From contig CAWJBB010000040.1 of NCBI GenBank assembly GCA_963840855.1, positions 96,001 through 160,000 of the forward strand: a stretch of DNA of 64,000 nt, given 5' to 3'. The stretch comes from an uncultured delta proteobacterium (GTDB lineage: Bacteria; Desulfobacterota; Binatia; UBA9968). Positions within the stretch are counted from its first letter, which is position 1. Each line of letters starts with the position of its first letter. This document shows, in pieces, positions 58,550 through 64,000 of this stretch. Below the pieces are notes generated by a model. That model saw only the letters and a list, made by a program, of their open reading frames with translations. It ran no database searches and was not told where the DNA came from. The position numbers and the translations under genes are program-made.

Positions 58550-59821
58550 CTACTTCTTGTAGCTCACCCTGTAGATGGCGCCCACCTGCTCGTCGGCGAC
58601 GAGCAGTGAGCCGTCGGGCATCTGCAGCACGTCCACCGGCCGGCCCCAGAACTCGTTCTTCCCCTTGTCGAGGAAGCCCGTCATGAACGGCGTGATCTGC
58701 GCGTTCTTGCCGTCGGGCGTGGCCCTGACCGTGAGGACGTCGTAGCCCATCTTCTCGGTCCGATTCCACGAGCCCCGCCGTGCCACGAAGATCGCGTCAC
58801 GGTAGTCGGGCGGGAACATCGTGCCGGTGTAGAACCGCATGCCGAGCGCCGCGGTGTGCGGCCCCAGGGTGACCACGGGCAGGACGACCTTGTCGCACGG
58901 ATTGGCACTCTTGATATCCGGATCCGGCTGGCCGTTCGCGTGGCAATACGGAAACCCGAAGTTCGCGCCGATCATGGTGGCGGGCACGCGGTTCAGCTCG
59001 TCCTCGAAGCCGTCCTCGCCGGCCCAGTCCCGGCCGTTGTCGGTGAACCACAGTTCGCCCGTCTTGGGATGGAAATCGAACCCGACGCTGTTGCGCACGC
59101 CGCGCGCCACGATCTCCATTCCCGAGCCGTCGAGGTTGTAACGGCGGATCTGGCCGTGCACTTCCTTGTTGAGCTCACACACGTTGCACGGCGCGCCGAC
59201 CTGTATGTAGATCTTCTTGTCCGGCCCCAGGGCCAGGAACTTCCAGTTGTGGTGCACTTCCGTGGGTAACTTGAAGGCCTCCGTCATCTCGACCGGCGTG
59301 GGCACCTCGCCCTTGGCCAGGGCAGCCTCGATGTTGTCATAGCGGAACACGCGATGGATGGCGGCCACGTACAGGGAGCCGTTGTGGAAGAGCACCCCGT
59401 TCGGCTGGACCAGCTTCTCGGCGATGATCCGCGACGTGCGCTTGCCGTCCTTGTCCATAGTGGCGTACACACGCCCGATGGTGCGCGTGCCCTGGAAGAT
59501 CGTACCCTTGTCGCCGTGGGCCATCATGCGCGCGCCGGGGTTGCCGTGCGCCCACAGCTCGACCTGGAACCCGGCCGGCACCTGTAGGCTCTTCAGCGGT
59601 ATGTCTTCGGGCGCGGTCACCGTCATTTTGCCCGGATGCCCGGTGAGGTGTGGGTTCTTCATCCGCTCAGGGTAGTAGCCGCCCATGGCTTTCCGTCGCT
59701 CGACCTCTTCGGTGCTGGGCGGTGCCGCGGCCAGGGCGTAGGCCGTCGTCAGTCCGAGTATGACGGACGCGAGCGCGGGGACGAAGGGGTTGCGCAAGCA
59801 GCGTGGCACGAATGGTTTCAT
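58550..59821 (-). CDS. Glucose/sorbosone dehydrogenase-family beta-propeller oxidoreductase
   Basis: VPAGF, GAPCNVC, ARGVRNSVG, TDNGRD, HTAALG, GSWNR, GRPVD. Confidence 0.92.
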   Translation of the reverse strand: MKPFVPRCLRNPFVPALASVILGLTTAYALAAAPPSTEEVERRKAMGGYYPERMKNPHLTGHPGKMTVTAPEDIPLKSLQVPAGFQVELWAHGNPGARMMAHGDKGTIFQGTRTIGRVYATMDKDGKRTSRIIAEKLVQPNGVLFHNGSLYVAAIHRVFRYDNIEAALAKGEVPTPVEMTEAFKLPTEVHHNWKFLALGPDKKIYIQVGAPCNVCELNKEVHGQIRRYNLDGSGMEIVARGVRNSVGFDFHPKTGELWFTDNGRDWAGEDGFEDELNRVPATMIGANFGFPYCHANGQPDPDIKSANPCDKVVLPVVTLGPHTAALGMRFYTGTMFPPDYRDAIFVARRGSWNRTEKMGYDVLTVRATPDGKNAQITPFMTGFLDKGKNEFWGRPVDVLQMPDGSLLVADEQVGAIYRVSYKK

Positions 59822-59997
59822 TGTTTCCTCCTGCTCGTCGTCGATTCGCGGCGAGGGATTGCCCGACGCCCGGGCGCGAGGCTCACCATGATATACGCAT
59901 CAAAGCGTACACGCATCAATGGCTCTTGTCCCGGAGGGGGCAGAGCGGCGCTCGCGAGTTCGGTCACGTCTGTTCGCGCTCTTGAGCGACGAGTTAA

Positions 59998-60782
59998 GAA
60001 CGCCCCGACGTTTTGTTTCCTCAAAAACTTTCAGGACTGCCTCAGGATAAGGCTCTTTTGTCTGGTGGTCTTTCACCAGCTCGATACCCTGCATTATTCC
60101 CATGCCGCGAACGTCTCCGATGACCGGATATTTTTCTTTCAGCTCATCAAGCTTTCCGCGGAAATAATCGCCGACCACCCTACAACTCGTCCGCAGATCG
60201 TTTTCTTCGATCACCTTTAGCAGCGCGAGCCCGACAGCACAAGACACTGGATCTCCGCCAAATGTCGAGAATGTCAGTCCGGGAAATGCATCCGCAACTT
60301 CCGGCGTCGCGATCGTCCAGCCGATCGGCACGCCGTTGCCCATTCCCTTCGCCGATGTGGTGATGTCTGGCTCGACGCCATAGTGCTCGATACCGAACCA
60401 TTTGTCTCCCGTGCGTCCCCAGGGAGTTTGAACCTCGTCCGAGATGAACAGCCCACCGTGCGCCTTTGTGATCTCGTGGACGCGTTTGAAATAATCCTTC
60501 GGCGGGACGATGAATCCGCCAACGCCGAAGATCGTCTCGCTCATAAACGCAGCGATCTCGCCGGTCGTGGTGTCTTGATAAGTTCTTCAATATCATTCGC
60601 GCACGCCAGGCCGCAATTGTCCGGCGTTGCATTGAACGGGCAGCGGTAGCAGTACGGAGCATGGGCGTGTACGAATCCCGGAACCTGCGATGCGATCGGC
60701 CGCCAGGTGTGATGCCCGATCGAAGACAACGCAGTCGCCGACCGTCCGGCGTAAGAATGTCGCGGCACAACAACCTCGTTGT
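59998..60782 (-). pseudogene. Class III aminotransferase internal fragment, truncated at both ends and frameshifted
   Basis: HSYAGR, PYCYRCP, ISDEVQT.WGRTG, TSAKGMGNG, STFGG, VRGMG. Confidence 0.85.
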
Positions 60783-60944
60783 TGCTCAGGCAGATCCTTT
60801 AGCCCATCAACAGGGCAACTTTCATATTCCCTTCTGCCCTACCTATCCAAATCATATAGACGAGGGGGAGTCTTAAAAATTCGGCAGCCTCTCCGATGCG
60901 CGCAAGCTTGACGCATCCAATGCCGAAAAGTTATTGTCGATTTG

Positions 60945-61418
60945 ATGAAAAAAACGATCAGCGTGACGATCAACGGACGTCTGTACGAAGAAGACGTCGA
61001 GCCGCGCCAGCTGCTCGTCCATTTTCTGCGCGAAAATATCGGCCTGACGGGCGCCCATGTCGGCTGCGTCGTGGGCGAATGCGGCGCCTGTTCGATTCTG
61101 CTCGACGGCAAGGTGGTCAAATCTTGTTTGCAGCTCGCGGTGCAAGCCGATGGCCGGGAGATCGTCACCATCGAGGGCTTGGCCAAAGACGGCGAACTCA
61201 ATGCCGTGCAAGAAGCGTTCGTCAAAAATTACGCCTTTCAATGCGGCTACTGCACGCCGGGCATGGTCATCACCAGCCACGCGCTATTGCAAAACAATCC
61301 CAGTCCGAGCGATGAAGAGATTCGTAAAGCGCTGGCGGGCAATCTATGCATGTGCACCGGTTACGTGCAGATCGTCGATGCTGTCAAAGAAGCGGCAAAG
61401 GTAATGAAGAATGGCTAA
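60945..61418 (+). CDS. CoxS/CutS-like [2Fe-2S] subunit
   Basis: HVGCVVGECGAC, QCGYCTPG, NLCMCTGY. Confidence 0.95.
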   Translation: MKKTISVTINGRLYEEDVEPRQLLVHFLRENIGLTGAHVGCVVGECGACSILLDGKVVKSCLQLAVQADGREIVTIEGLAKDGELNAVQEAFVKNYAFQCGYCTPGMVITSHALLQNNPSPSDEEIRKALAGNLCMCTGYVQIVDAVKEAAKVMKNG

Positions 61419-63837
61419 ATTCGTAGGCAACCGCACGCGCAGCAAAGAAGGCCCGCGGCATGTTACCGGGCGCGGTCTTTTTACCGATGACTTTCAACTG
61501 CCCGGCATGCTCCAGGCGATGATGCTTAGAAGCCCCTACGCGCACGCCAGGATCGTCTCCGTCGACGTATCCGAGGCTCTGAACAATCCCAACGTCTTTG
61601 CGGTGGTCACACCCGACGACGTGAAAAAAAGCACCAGGCCGTTCAAGCCGGGACGCTACGCCGCCGGACTCAAGCGCCAGATCGACGAATACGCCGGCGC
61701 GGTCGAAAAAGTCCGCTACGTCGGCGAGCCCATCGGCGCGGTGGCGGCGCGCGACCGAGGCGCGGCGGAAGACGCCCTGGAACTGATTCAGGTCGAATAC
61801 GATCCGCTGCGCCCGGTGGTCGATGTGCGCGAGGCGATCAAGCCGTCATCGGCCACTCTCTTCGATGAGCTGGGCACAAACCTCGCGTGGAACGGCTCTT
61901 TGACCTACGGCGACATCGAGGCGGCATTTAAGTCCGCCGACCGCGTCGTTAAAGAAAATCTCAAAATCCACCGCTATAGCTCGACGCCGCTGGAGCCGTT
62001 CGTCGTCATCGCATCCTTCGATGCCGCCAGCAAGCGATTGACCGTCTGGGTTACCGCGCAGGTGCCGGAAGTGATCTACGACGGCCTGCGCGAAGCGTTG
62101 GGGCTGCAAGATATTCGCGTCATCATTCCCGATGTCGGCGGCGGCTTCGGCCAGAAGATTCACCTCATCCGCAAGTATGTCGTGCTGGTCTCACTGTTGG
62201 CGATGAAAACCGGCAGGCCGGTGAAATGGATCGAGGACCGCGGCGAGCATATGATGGCCGGCGGCCATGCCTGCGCCCAGGAGATCGAAGCGGAAGCCGC
62301 GGTGAAAGCCGACGGCACGGTGCTGGGCCTGCGCTTCAAAGAATACGACGACGTCGGCGGCTCCATCAGCACCTTGACGATTCATTTCACCAACAAGCTC
62401 AATAATCTTTCCAACACGTACCGCACGCCGGCGATCTCCATGGAAGGTTTTGCGGTGGTAACCAACAAGTGCCCGGTCATTCCTAACCGCGGCATCGGCA
62501 AACCCGGCATGTGCTACATCTGGGAGCGCATGATGGACCGCGTCGCCCAGGCCCTGAACCTCAGCCCTATAGACGTGCGGCGCAAAAATTTGATCCAGCC
62601 CGATGAGATGCCGTACCGGACCATCAGCGGCAACATTTATGACAGCGGCGATTATCCCGGACTGCTATCGACGCTCCTGGCAAAGATCGATTACGACAAA
62701 CTGAGGGAAGAACAGAAACGGGAGCGCGAAAAAGGCCGTCTCATCGGCATCGGCATCGCCGTCGGCGTCGAGCCCGGCGGGCGCAACGCTGCCCGCGACA
62801 TGGCGATCTTCCCCGAGATGAAAGAGCCGCCCGGCTCCGGCGGCGTCAATGGCGCCATCATCAAGCTGGAAAAAAACGGCACCATCGGTCTCCATCTCGG
62901 CTCGCCGAATTGCGGCCAAGCGCATGAAACCACCACTGCGCAGGTCGCCGCCGAAATCCTGGGAACAACTCCCGATCAGATCAGCACCACCATTCCCTTC
63001 GATAGCGATCTGTCGCCCTGGGGCGTAGCCGCCGCCAACAGCGGCAACAACTTTCATCTCTACGATATCGGCGCGGTGCACGGCGCCGCGACCAAACTGC
63101 GCGAGAAAGTTCTCACCCTTTCCGCCCATGTTTTGAATGCCGACGTAAAAGAACTCGTCATCGAAAACGGCGTGGTCCAGGTCCCCGGCTCCCCCGCCAA
63201 AAAAATAACCTTCGCCGAGCTTGGCCGCATCGTCTACAACAACCAGCATCTCTTGCCCGAAGGCATGGAAGCCGGTTTACACGCGACGTTCTACTACACC
63301 TTCCCGCACGCTTATCCGAACATCATTCCGGGCGCCGACCGCTTGGTCAGGGCGCAGTTTACATTTTCCGCCGGCGCTCACGCCGCGGTCGTCGAAGTGG
63401 ATAAGGCCACGGGGCAAGTTCACGTCCTGCGCTATCTGATCGTCGGCGACAACGGCACCGTCATCAACCCCGATGTGGTGAATGGGCAGGTTTACGGTTC
63501 GGCCGCCCATGGCATCGCCGTCGCCCTGGGCGAAGGTTTCATGTACAGCCCGGATGGCCAGCCATTGACGATCACGTATCTGGACTATGGCAAATGCTCG
63601 ACCGCGGAAACCCCTAGAGTCGAAGTCATTCACCAACCATCCCCATCGCCATTTACGCCGCTGGGCCAAAAGGCCGCCGGGGAAGGCGCTGCAATTCCGT
63701 CGCCGGCTGCCATCGCCAGCGCCGTGGAAGACGCGCTGAAACCCTTCGGCGTAAAAGTGTGCGAATTGCCGCTCACACCGGAAGCTGTCTGGCGGCTGGC
63801 GAACAACAATCCGGAAAAAGAGCGGAGGACGTACTAG
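61411..63837 (+). CDS. CoxL/xanthine dehydrogenase-family molybdopterin large subunit (not a form I CODH)
   Basis: RSPYAHA, VGGGFGQK, YDSGDY, GQAHET, KAAGEG; active-site loop reads IPNRGIGK. Confidence 0.92.
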   Translation: MAKFVGNRTRSKEGPRHVTGRGLFTDDFQLPGMLQAMMLRSPYAHARIVSVDVSEALNNPNVFAVVTPDDVKKSTRPFKPGRYAAGLKRQIDEYAGAVEKVRYVGEPIGAVAARDRGAAEDALELIQVEYDPLRPVVDVREAIKPSSATLFDELGTNLAWNGSLTYGDIEAAFKSADRVVKENLKIHRYSSTPLEPFVVIASFDAASKRLTVWVTAQVPEVIYDGLREALGLQDIRVIIPDVGGGFGQKIHLIRKYVVLVSLLAMKTGRPVKWIEDRGEHMMAGGHACAQEIEAEAAVKADGTVLGLRFKEYDDVGGSISTLTIHFTNKLNNLSNTYRTPAISMEGFAVVTNKCPVIPNRGIGKPGMCYIWERMMDRVAQALNLSPIDVRRKNLIQPDEMPYRTISGNIYDSGDYPGLLSTLLAKIDYDKLREEQKREREKGRLIGIGIAVGVEPGGRNAARDMAIFPEMKEPPGSGGVNGAIIKLEKNGTIGLHLGSPNCGQAHETTTAQVAAEILGTTPDQISTTIPFDSDLSPWGVAAANSGNNFHLYDIGAVHGAATKLREKVLTLSAHVLNADVKELVIENGVVQVPGSPAKKITFAELGRIVYNNQHLLPEGMEAGLHATFYYTFPHAYPNIIPGADRLVRAQFTFSAGAHAAVVEVDKATGQVHVLRYLIVGDNGTVINPDVVNGQVYGSAAHGIAVALGEGFMYSPDGQPLTITYLDYGKCSTAETPRVEVIHQPSPSPFTPLGQKAAGEGAAIPSPAAIASAVEDALKPFGVKVCELPLTPEAVWRLANNNPEKERRTY

Positions 63838-63839
63838 CC

Positions 63840-64000
63840 ATGATCCCGGCAGCTTTCGAGTATTACGCGCCCCGCTCGCTCAACGACGCCGTGAGCTATC
63901 TCGCCAGTCATCGCGATGATGTAAAAATTCTCTCCGGCGGGCAGAGCCTCATGCCGCTCTTGAAAATGCGCTTGAGCAAGCCGGCCTATATCGTCGACAT
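63840..64000 (+). CDS. CoxM/CutM-like FAD-binding subunit (partial, runs off the window)
   Basis: MIPAAFEYYAPRSL...KILSGGQSLMPLLKMRL. Confidence 0.9.
   Translation, partial: MIPAAFEYYAPRSLNDAVSYLASHRDDVKILSGGQSLMPLLKMRLSKPAYIVD

Noticed and set aside
61411-63837. Aerobic CO dehydrogenase (coxL form I)
   Set aside because: Lacks AYxCSFR, and the order is S-L-M rather than M-S-L.

Overview
GC-rich bacterial chromosomal segment. The orphan Bug/TctC, TRAP and ABC binding proteins, amidohydrolases and dense intergenic REP-like repeats suggest Candidatus Binatia or a related deltaproteobacterial lineage (inference only). 1-10.5 kb is a decayed conflict/defence-like island: truncated ADP-ribosylglycohydrolase, three type II TA pairs, an intact 1145-aa TM0106-type nuclease-SF1 helicase, and RAYT, HsdM and IstB remnants. 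10.5-40 kb is a catabolic patchwork: MaiA, DctP, cyclase, Opp/Dpp ABC operon, two ICL/PEP-mutase enzymes, two amidohydrolases, MmgE/PrpD, VOC, two frameshifted TctC paralogues and a molybdo-dehydrogenase pair. An intact 1290-aa TIR-NB-ARC-WD40 STAND protein lies at 40.6-44.4 kb. The rest holds secreted proteins, a fifth TA pair, a NarL-type two-component system, cytochrome c with a sugar/sorbosone dehydrogenase, and a CoxSLM-like Mo-hydroxylase. The least explained signals are non-coding: a 166-167 bp promoter-leader module in front of unrelated genes (four full copies plus one partial), a ~137 bp double-hairpin element in four copies, nested MITE/REP elements, inverted 7/8/9-mer repeat arrays next to small cassettes, and repeated 'promoter + gene start' stubs bounding inserted blocks. 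I saw no rRNA, tRNA or CRISPR array. All calls come from reading motifs by eye; no searches were run.
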